Assembly: GCA_951406725.2 (NCBI GenBank) | Contig: OX597814.1 | Coordinates: forward strand, 218,054,001-218,118,000 | DNA length: 64,000 nucleotides | Origin: Octopus vulgaris | Taxonomy: Eukaryota | Reading direction: 5' to 3' | Part shown: positions 28,992 to 41,126 of the stretch, one piece after another | Numbering within the stretch: the stretch's first letter is position 1 | How the letters are laid out: every line of letters starts with the position of its first letter | Program-made: the position numbers and the translations under genes | The notes under the pieces: generated by a model | Told to the model about the DNA's origin: nothing | The model's database searches: none | What the model saw: the letters and a program-made list of their open reading frames with translations, nothing else

Positions 28992-29327
28992 AAAGGATTT
29001 TCTTTTGGTTGAGTGGGTGTTGTTGTTGTTGGTGGTGGTGGCAGTGTTGTGGATTTGTCTACGTTTGGCCGAGGCTGTGCTTTTCGTGATGCTATTGTTA
29101 TTGTATGGTTCGTTTAGAGCAGTTGTAGCTTTTTAAAAAATCTTATTGGTTGTTATTTTTTGTAGGTCTTGCGATCACACGGAGACCTTCCTTCATTTGC
29201 TCGAAACCAACTTGGTTGTTACTGTTTAGTCCCAGATCAGCTCAGAGCCGGATTAAAACCCACAAAGGGCCAAAGCACTTAAAAAGTTTTTGTGCCTTCA
29301 TATAATGTGTCATTCAAAATTTTTCGT

Positions 29328-29700
29328 GGAGGCGCAATGGCCCAATGGTTAGGGCAGCGGACTCGCGGTCGTAGGATCGTGGTTTCGATTCCCAGACCGG
29401 GCGTTGTGAGTGTTTATTGAGTGAAAACACTTAAAAGTTCCACGCAGGGGATGGTGGTGATCCCTGCTGTACTCTTTCACCACAACTTTCTCTCACTCTT
29501 ACTTCCTGTTTCTGTTGTACCTGTATTTCAAAGGGCCGGCCTTGTCACTCTCTGTGTCACGCTGAATATCCCCGAGAACTACGTTAAGGGTACACGTGTC
29601 TGTGGAGTGCTCAGCCACTTACACGTTAATTTCACGAGCAGGCTGTTCCGTTGGTCGGATCAACTGGAACCCTCGTCGTCGTAACCGACGGAGTGCTTCC
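29328..29700 (+). mobile_element. Full-length SINE family B
   Basis: Family B; cattcaaaat on both flanks. Confidence 0.92.
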
Positions 29701-30113
29701 ACATTCAAAATATAAACAATAATAAACCATTAAGTATTTTTTTTTTTCATTTTCTAAAATAATACAAAACTAACTGAAAAGTGGATTTTTTTTTTCTTTT
29801 TTGTCTACTCCCACTTTATTAATATTTGAAAATATTTCTCCTACTTTTTTAAAATAACAAAGTCTTTGATCAGAACCTCATTATGATACCATGAATATTT
29901 CGAAATTATATTTCCAATCATATAAACCACTTCGAATATTATTTTACAAATTTAAAGTGAATGATTTTGTGCCGTAGACCGTTCATCAATTCTGTGGTTC
30001 CGCCCTTCCCTTGATACCCTAAGAAAGTGCTTATTTTGCTTAATGGTTAATCCAGCGCTGAATAAACCGCTTTTTTTTTTAAACTTTAGATATCAGCAAC
30101 AAAAGAGCCCAGC

Positions 30114-30125
30114 CCGTCGTATATA

Positions 30126-30184
<59 letters not shown>

Positions 30185-30832
30185 TTGTGTGTGTGTGTTT
30201 GTGTGTCTGTGTTTGTTCCCCCCCCCCTCAACATCACTTGACAACTGATGCTGGTGTGCTTATGCCCCCGTAACTTAGCGGTTTGGCAAAAGAGACCGAT
30301 AGAATAAGTACTAGGCTTACAAAGAATAAGTCCCGGGGTCGATTTGCTCGACTAAAGGCGGTGCTCCAGCATGGCCGCAGTCAAATGACTGAAACAAGTA
30401 AAAGAGAATATATACTCTTTCTCTCTTTACTCTTTTACTTGTTTCAGTCATTTGACTGCAGCCATGCTGGAGCACCGCCTTTAGTCGAGCAAATCGACCC
30501 CGGGACTTATTCTTTGTAAGCCCAGTACTTATTCTATCGGTCTCTTTTGCCGAACCGCTAAGTGACGGGGACGTAAACACACCAGCATCGGTTGTCAAGC
30601 AATGCTAGGGGAACAAACACAGACACACAAACATATACACACACACTTATATATATATATATATATACATATATACGACAGGCTTCTTTCAGTTTCCGTC
30701 TACCAAATCCACTCACAAGGCATTGGTCGGCCCGGGGCTATAGCAGAAGACACTTGCCCAAGATGTCACGCAGTGGGACTGAACCCGGAACCATGTGGTT
30801 GGTTAGCAAGCTACTTACCACACAGCCACTCC
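30114..30832. mobile_element. Tail-to-tail pair of SINE family A copies (+ 30114-30408, - 30414-30832)
   Basis: Inverted family A tails meet at ~30410. Confidence 0.88.
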
Positions 30833-30940
30833 ATATATGCTGAAAATAACAACCAAATCGCTCTCAAATCACACCCTACCTTCTTGACCCTTTTGCAACG
30901 GAAATCAGATATACCCATTCAAAATTTCGTTACCCTTAAC

Positions 30941-31089
30941 CACTGGCATAGCCAGGTGGTGAGGCGCTAGGGGCGGTTCGCCCCATGCGGCACTTTTGGG
31001 TCTGCTGTAGGCAATATGTGTTTTTTGTGGGGTCCGGAAGACAAACAGAAGGGCCGCCCCGGGCAGCACACATTCTAGCTACGCAAGAG
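30941..31089. mobile_element. hAT-like MITE
   Basis: CA-type termini (CACTGGCATAGC...GCTACGC) with 8-bp TSD cccttaac. Related copies at ~31694-31836 and 38787-38990. Confidence 0.7.
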
Positions 31090-31233
31090 CCCTTAACTGC
31101 GGAAGGCAATTTTGTAACTGTGAAATTCCAGCAATGATGCTAAATATTGGCCAAAAAGTAGAATTAGTACTCAACAAAAAATAGCTTCAAACATTACATT
31201 CCTCAACAAAAGACAGATTGGTGTACAAAATTG

Positions 31234-31461
31234 GGCGATCTTTCGTCTCTAGTAGACCTTTCCGTCGATTTCCGTAAAATTTTTTTTTTTTTTACATATG
31301 GGCTTGCGGGAACTTTTGAAGTAATATACATACATATACACATACACCGAGTAAAAAATTTCAGTTATCTCTCTCTTTCACACATTACTCTGTCTCTTCA
31401 CACACACTAACAGAAGCAATTCACTTACACAACATACTGTCTGTCTCCCACATCCCATCAA

Positions 31462-31492
<31 letters not shown>

Positions 31493-31668
31493 CATCAATG
31501 CTTCCCCATGCACGGTAACTTCAAAAGAACTTCCCTCGTCATAAAATGGCTTTCTCTTAGTCTCTTTCGCTCTCATTTCTTCAAAAGTTCCCGCAAGCCC
31601 ATATGTAAAAAAAAATATATTTTTTTACGGAAATCGACGGAAAGGTCTACTAGAGACGAAAGATTGCC
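31234..31668. mobile_element. Merlin-like MITE, family M2
   Basis: TIR GGCGATCTTTCGTCTCTAGTAGACC.../...GAAAGATTGCC; 8-bp TSD caaaattg. Confidence 0.85.
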
Positions 31669-32190
31669 CAAAATTGTCTTCCGTAGTTAAGGGCACTAGC
31701 GTAGCTAGAGCGTGTGCCACCCAGGGCGGCCCTTCCGCTTGTCTTCCGGACCCGACAAAAAACGCATATTGCCTATAGCAGACCCAAAAGTGCCGCATGG
31801 GGCGAACCGCCCCTACCGCCCCGCCCCCACCAGTGGTTAAGAGTAATGAAATTTTGAATGGGTATATCTGATTTCCGTTGCAAAAGGGTTAAGAAGGTAG
31901 GGTGTGATTTGAGAGCGATTTGGTTGTTATTTTCAGCAGCTCCAGTGACCATGCAGAAACTTCTTTGTTCGAGTTCCGAGACCAGCCGACATACATTAAT
32001 GTCACCTTTCTATTTTATTATTTCATAGGTTGGTGTTAGAGCCGGTGTGAGGTATAAATTAGAAATATACTTACATCATTCAATATATAAATACACTTAC
32101 AGAAATTATTGTTCAAAAATTTCGACCAGCTGATCTCTCTTGCTCATTGGTTTTAGATTTTAAAAGTCCCTTGAGTTATTTTATTTTTTC

Positions 32191-32605
32191 GGTGATCTTT
32201 CGTCTCTAGTAGACCTTTCCGTCGATTTCCGTAAAAAATTTTTTTTTTTTTTACATATGGGTTTGCAGGAACTTTTGAAGTAATATACATACATATACAC
32301 ATACACCGAGTAAAAAATTTCACTTATCTCTTTCTTTCCCACATTACTCTGTCTCTTCACACACACTAACAGAAGCACTTCACTTACACAACATACTTTC
32401 TGTCTCCCCCCCCCACACACACATGTACATCAATGCTTCACATGCACGGTAACTTCAAAAGAACTTCCCTCGTCATACAATCGCTTTCTCTTAGTCTCTT
32501 TCGCTCTCATTACTTCAAAAGTTCCCGCAAGCCCATATGTAAAATATAAAAAAGAAGTTTTTTACGGAAATCGACGGAAAGGTCTACTAGAGACGAAAGA
32601 TTGCC
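32191..32605. mobile_element. Merlin-like MITE, family M2
   Basis: Same TIRs; 8-bp TSD attttttc. Confidence 0.85.
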
Positions 32606-32953
32606 ATTTTTTCTATATTATCTCATTTGTCTGTTCTTTATTTTCAATGGTAGTTGCATTTCAAGGAAGATTTGACTACTATTTCTACCAGGTCGAGTGA
32701 CTTGGTATGTCGACACTATGATCCACAATTTCATGTAGAGAAACAAAACGTTCAGAAACTGACAGGTGAGGGCAAAATGAAGGAAATATGGAAAATGGAG
32801 AAGAAAGGACGAGACAATAAGAAAAAAACAAACTAAACTGTAGAAAAGGAAAACGAAATGAAGGAAAGGAAAGACAGGATAAGAAGGAGGGAGGGAGGGA
32901 GGGAGAGAATGAAAGAAAAAGAAAGAGAGGAAGATATATAAAAAGTATGTAGA

Positions 32954-33370
32954 GGCGCAGGAGTGGCTGTGTGGTAAGTAGCTTGCTAACCAACCACATG
33001 GTTCCGGGTTCAGTCCCACTGCGTGGCACCTTGGGCAAGTGTCTTCTACTATAGCCCCGGGCTGACCAATGCCTTGTGAGTGGATTTGGTAGACGGAAAC
33101 TGAAAGAAGCCTGTCGTATATATGTATATATATATATATAAGTGTGTGTGTTTGTGTGTCTGTGTTTGTCCCCCTAGCATTGCTTGACAACCGATGCTGG
33201 TGTGTTTACGTCCCCGTCACTTAGCGGTTCGGCAAAAGAGACCGATAGAATAAGTACTGGGCTTACAAAAAGAATAAGTCCCGGGATCGAGTTGCTCGAC
33301 TAAAGGCGGTGCTCCAGCATGGCCGCAGTCAAATGACTGAAACAAGTAAAAGAGTAAAAGAGTAAAAGAG
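32954..33370 (+). mobile_element. Full-length SINE family A
   Basis: Head GGCGCAGGAGTGGCTGTGTGG; tail cagtcaaatgactgaaacaa(gtaaaaga)n. Confidence 0.93.
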
Positions 33371-34273
33371 AGAGAGAAAAAAATAGCAAGTGAAGAGAAG
33401 ATGGAAAGGAAAAGGAGAGAAAGAGCGTAATAGTTGAAAACGGAGAGAATAGAGAAACAGGAGTAGAGAAGAAAGGAAAGAAAATGGGCGAGAGAGAAAA
33501 TTGCGGAGGTGAAAAATAGAGAGTGTTGGAGAAAGAAAATGGAAGAAATTTTTAAAATGTGAATGAGGGAAGAGAAATTATGGTTGAGAAAAGAACAAAG
33601 AAATTCGGAATGACCCGCTGCATATCTAAGCCGATTACTGAAACAACAGTTTTAACATGAAAAGTGGCTCTCACTATTTCTCATTGTTTCCACCTCGTAT
33701 TTCTCTTTGTTTGTAGTGTAAGGTTTATAGCGCCAAACCGTTACGCTCTGTTTTATTTTGTGTCGTTTTTTACCTTTCGCACATAAACCCCGCATTTGCA
33801 ATCTATTTGAATAATTTTAAAATTAATATGTTGGCCAGTATGTGATATCATATTGACATATTTATGTCTGCATTCTCGCGTTTCGATTAAGGTTACAGGT
33901 GTTTTAAGGAGTGTGGGATTAGCGCGGGAAAAGCTGAAGTAAAACTTATTAATTCAAAACCAGTCTGTGTGGTGTGAACAATAGAACACCGGCGAAATAG
34001 GGTTCATGTTTAACTTATTAATTCGTTTCTGCCTTCAGATTCCAATAGATCAAAATTTGTCTTTTATTTTTCCGAGTCAGTAAAACATTAAAATTCATTA
34101 GCCCCGCAAAAGAACCTGATCCGACTTGATTGAGTGAAGATAATTATTCGTCCAAACCTAACTACAATCTGATTTCGACTTGAAGCCCAGAGCGTTTTGA
34201 GTTCAAAATCCCACAGAAGTGAATATTGCTTTCAAATACTAGAATCGATTTATAGTTTTACAATTATTTCTTG

Positions 34274-35078
34274 GGATCCTTTCCTTTTGAACGGCACTTT
34301 GTAACATAATTTCTAGGTAACTAAAAAGTTTTAAACTTCGTATACTGGTAGAATGTGTTTATAAAACATCATTTTTCTCTTGGCTTTATTGAGAAAATTC
34401 TATAGTTTGTAAGATATTTCGTCTGAAATTTCGAGCATTTCGGCAATTTTAACCAATCGATTACCTCCATTGACGTAAACAACATTCTGTGCTGTATGAA
34501 TATGTCCCTCGTTTAAGAAATAGATTGGGAAGAAAAAAAGATACCCTTCCCCCATCCCTAACCCTAACTAACCCTACCTCTCACCCTAAATCTAAAATAG
34601 ATTGAAATGCAATAGATCGATACTAGGGTTATAATTATTGGTGACAATTTCATACGACGCCGCTACGAAAAATGGGATTTTTTTCTAGCGGTGTCAAATG
34701 AAAATGTCACCCATAATTATAACCCTAGTATCGATCTATTGCATTTCAATCTATTTTAGATTTAGGGTTAGAGTTAGGGTTAGGGGTGGGGAAGGGTATC
34801 TTTTTTCTTCACAAATGTAAATAAACCCAATCTGTTTCTTAAAGGAGGAACAAATTCATTATGCACAGAATGTTATTTACTTAAATGGAGGTAATCGATT
34901 GGTTAAAATTGCCGAAATGCTCGAAATTAAAGACGAAATATGTTACAACCTATAGAATTTTCTCAATAAAGCCAAGAAAAAATAATATTTATAAACACAT
35001 TCTACCAGTATACGAAGTTTAAAACTTTTTAGTTACCTAGAAATTATGTTACAAAGTGCCGTTCAAAAGGAAAGATCC
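34274..35078. mobile_element. Fold-back Merlin-like MITE, family M1, with internal telomere-like repeats
   Basis: Whole element is an inverted repeat (GGATCC/T TTTCCTTTTGAACGGCAC...GTGCCGTTCAAAAGGAAAGATCC); 8-bp TSD atttcttg; internal CCCTAA and TTAGGG runs. Confidence 0.88.
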
Positions 35079-35109
35079 ATTTCTTGTTGAAATCACAGGG
35101 TCTGAAATA

Positions 35110-35318
35110 ATGGTTTCAAATTTTAGCACAAAGCCAGGAAATTTAATGGAGAGGGTAAGTGGATAGCATCGACTCCAGCGTTCAGCTGGTACTTATTTAT
35201 CGACCACGAAACGATGAAAAGCAAAGTAGACCACAACAGAATTTGAACTCAGGACGTAAAACCAGAAGAGTCACCAAGCATTTTGTCCCATGTGCTAATG
35301 ATTCTGCCAGCTCGCCAC
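35110..35318 (-). mobile_element. Diverged SINE family C
   Basis: Family C core on the minus strand. Confidence 0.7.
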
Positions 35319-35373
35319 CGATTTATGTTCTAATGCATCCAAGATAGGAATGGAATCAGAAGGGAAGGAATTA

Positions 35374-35782
35374 TACTCTTTACTCTTTTACTTGTTTCAG
35401 TCATTTGACTGCGGCCATGCTGGAGCACCGCCTTTAATCGAGCAACTCGACCCCGGGACTTTATTCTTTTGTAAGCCCAGTACTTATTCTATCGGTCTCT
35501 TTTGCCGAACCGCTAAGTAACGGGGACGTAAGCACACCAGCATCGGTTGTCAAGCAATGCTAGGGGACAAACACAGACACATAAACATACACGCACACAC
35601 ATATATATATACATATACACGACGGGCTTCTTTCAGTTTCCGTCTACCAAATCCACTCAGAAGGCATTGGTCGGCCTGGGGCTAAAGCAGAAGACACATG
35701 CCCAAGATGCCACGCAGTGGGACTGAACCCGGAACCATGTGGCTGGTTAGCTAGCTACTTACCACACAGCCACTCCTGCGCC
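35374..35782 (-). mobile_element. Full-length SINE family A
   Basis: Family A head and tail. Confidence 0.92.
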
Positions 35783-36402
35783 TATACTATTTCACTTACG
35801 TCACAGATAGCACGAAAAGTTGCGTCAATCCTGATGAAGAGCCGTGAATTCAGCAATTTATATAATGTAGTCATTTTAGCGTTATGTCTGTTGTCAGAAT
35901 ACTTCATTTCCAACGGTTGACTTTATATATGTGTGTGTGTGTGTGTAGTGGCTTCATGCAAGCATAGCGTGGATTCGATCCTCAATCGCCAAACTTCACC
36001 TAACAGTACAACGGACTTTTCCCATAGAGAAACATTAAGTTGACGGCAGTTACATTTGCCAGATGCCTTCGCTAAGCAGAATAATGTATTTGCCACTTGA
36101 ACCCTGCTAACCTTTTGTATGTGGTGGAGAGTTAAAATGACAGAACAATAGACCTCTCCAAATACCTATTGATTGGATAACATGTCTCTCTTTCTTGCGA
36201 TCTGGCGATAATTATATATACAGAAGATTCCCAAGCAAAAGTTAGTTACTGAGGGACGTAGGAGCATGAATCATGTAGAGACCGAAAATGAGTGTATGGC
36301 AGAGGGAGTGCAGAAATGCACTCACTCTGTTCTCCTGAGCGAGCAATACCGGCAGCGGGGTTACCACTACAGATTTCTATAGCGGGTTGGTAGAGCATAC
36401 GT

Positions 36403-36784
36403 GGAGGCGCAATGGCCCAGTGGCTAGGGCAGCGGACTCGCGGTCATAGGATCGTGGTTTCGATTCCCAGACCGGGCGGTGTGAGTGTTTATTGAGCGAA
36501 AACACCTAAAGCTCCACGAGGCTCCGGCAGGGGATGGTGGTGATCCCTGCTGTACTCTTTCACCACAACTTCCTCTCACTCTTACTTCCTGTTTCTGTTG
36601 TACCTGTATTTCAAAGGGCCGGCCTTGTCACTCTCTGTGTCACGCTGAATATCCCCGAGAACTGCGTTAAGGGTACAGATGTCTGTGGAGTGCTCAGCCA
36701 CTTACACGTTAATTTCACGAGCAGGCTGTTCTGGTGATTCGGATCAACCGGAACCCTCGTCATCGTAACCGACGGAGTGCTTCC
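36403..36784 (+). mobile_element. Full-length SINE family B nested in the Tx1-like LINE
   Basis: 14-bp TSD ggtagagcata(c/t)gt. Confidence 0.92.
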
Positions 36785-37544
36785 AGGTAGAGCATATGTC
36801 CGACGACGTCCTGGGGGAGACTCTAGGCTTCGATGAGGAACAGCTTGTCAACCTGTTCGGAAGAAAATTCGGGCCGAGGTATCTGGACAACTTTCAGAAA
36901 TCGCTGGCCTGGTTGTGCTACCGATCGGCCTTGCCAGTTCGAGAGAGGTTGTCAAGGCATGATACCAGTAACCCGCCCACGTGCCCGAGGTGCGGGCGTG
37001 TCAGTGAAACTGTCACGCACGCCTTCGTACATTGTAAGGGATTAAGGGAACTGATAAGCTGTGTCGAACAACTGGTGTCAGATGCGGAAAGAGTACAGTT
37101 ATCGACTGAGTCTATCATTAAGATTGTGCCGCCTCCCTCCTTTAACAAGGAAAAGGAGGTGTCATTTTTCTGTGTAGTGGCCATACTGAAAGAAACAGTA
37201 TGGATGACGCGTGGAAGAGGAATTGAGGCAGGTAACTTCATATCCGGACGTGGGTTGGTTAGTCTTTTTACCTTCCACCTATCTAAAAAGATTAGCCTGG
37301 AGATGAGGTGCTTGCTTCGAAGTCCGTTTGTGAAAAGATGGAGGGATGTTGTAAGGAAGTTGAGAGCGAATGGGGCCGTGCTGGTGTAGCCGGTCTAATC
37401 AGAAAGGAAGAGTAATAAGCAGAAAAAGGAAAAAAAAAAAAGAAAAAGAAAAAGGAACAAATAAAAACACCGGCGGGTCGAACACGAACCCGAAAATATA
37501 ATCACAGGAATTTTTATACGATTTTCGATTTCATTTTTCCGATT

Positions 37545-37872
37545 TCATATTGCGATTTCCATTAAGCGCCATCCAACCAAAATGCAAATATATGGGAAAC
37601 TACCACCTGTGTCATCTCTTGTGAAAGGTAGAAGAGTCCAGTTTGCTGGACATTGTTGTAGAGCTGAAAAAGAGGTAATTTCTACTCTTCTCCTCTGGAA
37701 GCCATCTACTCGCAGTACCAGAGGGCGCACACTCTCCTACCCTGATGTAATCTCCAGGGATACAGGCATCCAGCAACAGGACCTCCGTAATGCCATGATG
37801 GACCGTGAAGTCTGGCGTAGCATAGTAAATTCCATTGTCTCGACCACAGTCGAACAATGATGATGATGATGA
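37545..37872 (+). mobile_element. RTE-group (RTEX-like) LINE 3' end
   Basis: ORF 37582-37860 RRVQFAGHCCR..LLLWKP..GRTLSYPDVI..DTG..AMMDREVWR, followed by a (TGA)n tail. Confidence 0.75.
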
Positions 37873-38387
37873 AGCCATAACTCCCAAACCTAAATGTTTT
37901 GTATTGTCTTGTATTGTACCCCCTCTGTATGTCATTCATTGACAAATAAAGAAATTAGTTGGTGAGAGCGACCATCGGTGAGTGTGAACGGACAACTAGT
38001 CATGGCCACAAGCAGGCAACCACTCGAGACCAAACGACCAAAGGGAAAAAAGAAAGTTACGATCACCGACTACGTGAGACACAACTTCACTCGACTCTCT
38101 CACTTTCACTAACTTACTTTCTTTTCTCTGTAACCATATCTCTCTATATATACTACAATGAGATCGTGTACATACATACCGGCCGAAATTAACTCTTTTT
38201 ACCTCGCATGCTTTTCCATTTACTAGTTATACATACCAACCCATCATGGTTTTGGATATATACAAAGTAACGGTAAATAAATATCTCTTTACAACTTCAA
38301 TTACTGTTCTTCTTCCATCTTGCACACTAGCAACCAACACCTTAACAACAATCGTTATGTGTGTGTGTGTGTATATCTATCTATCTG

Positions 38388-38451
<64 letters not shown>

Positions 38452-38454
38452 GTT

Positions 38455-38762
38455 CAAATGTGCAGAAAACAAAAGACAAAGACAGGCGAAGGAATTCCAA
38501 ACAGGTGTATTAGCTTGAGACTCAGGAAGAATAAAAATGTATTTGACGTTTCGAGCCTACGTTCATCGACAGAAAGGGATGAGAGGGGAAAAAATTGGAA
38601 AGAGGGAAAAAGGAAACGGAGAGAAAAAAGAAAGGTGTTGGGATTAACAAACCGTAGGCCTGAAACGTTAAACACTTTTCCATTCTTCCCGAGCGTCAAA
38701 TTAATTACACCTGCCTGTTGTTCTCTCATATGTCTTTGTCTTTTGTTTTCTGTACATTGGAA
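38455..38762. mobile_element. PLE-like terminal repeat with inverted partial copy and hammerhead-like motif
   Basis: 38455-38561 is inverted relative to 38652-38762. Minus 38542-38575: ttt-CTGTCGA-tgaacgtaggctc-GAAACGTC-aaa. Confidence 0.6.
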
Positions 38763-38786
38763 CTATATATTACATACACTCACCGG

Positions 38787-38990
38787 CACTAGCGTAGCTA
38801 GGAGTGGGGGGGCGGTCCACCCCTGGCGGCACTTTTGAGTCTGCTGTAGGAAATATGTGTTTTTGCGGGGTCCATGAAGGGGCAGGGGCAGTCCGCCCCG
38901 GGTGGCACTTTTGTGTCTGCTGTAGGTAATATGTATTCTTTGTGGGGTCTGGGGCGGCAAACGGAAGGGCCGCACTCTAGCTACGCTATG
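38787..38990. mobile_element. hAT-like MITE
   Basis: TIRs CACTAGCGTAGCTAG / CTAGCTACGCTATG; homologous to 30941-31089. Confidence 0.7.
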
Positions 38991-39169
38991 CTCACGAAGT
39001 CACCCCAGTTTGGTCCTACCTGACTGAACTTCCTCCTCTCTTGGGCCCTCATATCCCCTAGTTTCCTCTCGAACTTTCGGAACCTTTCCTCAACCACTTA
39101 ACCAGGATGACAATTGAAACTTTGTACTTTTTCGGACTCTACTACCATGGAACTTACTGTGCACTTTCG

Positions 39170-39206
<37 letters not shown>

Positions 39207-39207
<1 letters not shown>

Positions 39208-39450
39208 TAGTAGAAATATCCGGCATTGCTTGGGATTAAAACGGTATAGTTTTTTATTGCTTTACTTCTTTCAGTCATGTGACTGCGGCCAATCTGGAGC
39301 ACCGCCATTAGTCGAAGAAATCGACCCCAGGATTTAATATTTGTAAGCCTAGCATTTATTCTATCGGCTTGTTTTGCCAAACGGTTAAGTTACGGGGATG
39401 TATACACAGCAACATCGGTTGTCAAGCGATGGTGGGAATACACACACACA
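39207..39450 (-). mobile_element. Helitron 3' end fused to a SINE family A 3' half (second copy)
   Basis: Same junction gcttgggattaaaacg.tatagtttttt.attgctttactt as at 16058. Confidence 0.7.
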
Positions 39451-39844
39451 CACACATATATGTATGAATACGGGACTAGAGAAACAGCCAACAACTGATG
39501 AAGGGGCGTTATTTATGCTGTTTGTTTTGTTTTCCATTTGTATCTTTCGTTGTTCGAAAGAATAGTTCATGTTCCAATGTACCATGTACTCGTGCTTCGT
39601 ACTCTTTTGTTGTACACGTTTCGTGATGTCCTCTGTTCACATATGCATTATATATATATATATATATATATATACGTATAGATGTAAGTATGTACATATA
39701 CGTATGTATATATACATATATATTATATATAATTGATATAGGATAAAAGATTTTTCGGGAAAAAATTTTTTTTTATCAGTGGCCAGCATATCAAAAAATG
39801 CCTTTATAGGTAAAATTTATACATAATTTACAAGATAAGGGCAG

Positions 39845-39876
<32 letters not shown>

Positions 39877-39885
39877 CATATATAA

Positions 39886-39984
<99 letters not shown>

Positions 39985-40029
39985 CATATATATAGATATT
40001 CATGCATATATATACATATAAAAACAATT

Positions 40030-41036
40030 TTTATTCTAACCCACAGGTTAGACTGATATGCCTATGTAAGTCGGATATAGGAAGACTCAGTAAACTTATA
40101 CTAGATAAATATATAGATAAACTTAATACGTTAAATAACCTTAAACTCTGAGTTGTACCCCAGATACGTTAAATTGGTTCAAAAATATCAAAGATAAAAA
40201 TAGGTGCAAGTTTATCCAAATAGATATGGAAAATTATTATTTATCTATTAACAAGATTATTCTCGATAAGGCCATTATATATGTTATGAATAAGTTAAGA
40301 TGACATATGATGAAGTTAAAGTAGTGCTAACAGCGAGAAAATCCCTAATTAGATATGAAAATAAACTATGGGCTAGGAAAGACACTAGGGATTGCTTTGA
40401 TATATCCATGGGTGCCCCAGACTCTGCCCAAGTAACAGATCTAGTAGGAATATACCTATTATCTGAACTTGAGTTAGAACACTTTAACACAGAGGGAGGT
40501 CTATATAGGGACGACCTACTCCTTATAACTAGAAACTGCACCAATAGATCATTAGAAAACATAAAGAAAAAAATTACACAAATTCTTTAAGAATTTTGGT
40601 TTAGATATCGCTATAGAGAAAGAACATTCAGCGGTTAACTACCTAGATGCAAACCTAAACTTAGTAACTAATAAAACCCACCCATTCCATAAGTTAAACA
40701 AGAACGTTAAGTACATTAATGCCCTTAGTAACCATACTAGCTCAGTTAAAAAAGCATTAATAGACAATATAGGTAAAAGAATTTTTAGGTTATCCTCAGA
40801 TATTGATAGTTTCAATAAACATGCCTCTTACTATAATTGTGCATTAAAAGAAGCCGGCTATAATTAAAAATTTTATTTCTTTAATAATTACGGGCCCAAT
40901 AATAATACTATAACTCATCCTAACTCTCAACCGAACTATATAAGTAATAGCAATGTTAATAATAACAAACAATATAAGGAAATAAATAAAGATAATTATA
41001 ATATACGTCTAAATAATGATAATAATAATAATAATG

Positions 41037-41126
<90 letters not shown>

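Larger units (their letters stand above)
36225..37955 (+). mobile_element. Tx1/L1-clade LINE 3' fragment (zf-RVT), interrupted by a SINE B and an RTEX-like fragment
   Basis: ORF 36796-37389 LAWLCYRSALPVRERL..CPRCGRVSETVTHAFVHC (CCHC zf-RVT). Upstream RPKMSVWQREC..TDFYSGLVE aligns with ORF 58796-59428. Confidence 0.82.

Noticed and set aside
33915-33935. E2F-like site TTAGCGCGGGAAAA in unique sequence
   Set aside because: Single short motif with no supporting gene structure.
35810-35850. CTGATGAAGAGCC motif
   Set aside because: No compatible GAAA and stem arrangement.
37957-38350. Possible solo LTR (also ~21620-22410 and ~27910-28300)
   Set aside because: No clear TG...CA termini with TSD, and no second copy or internal domain in the window.
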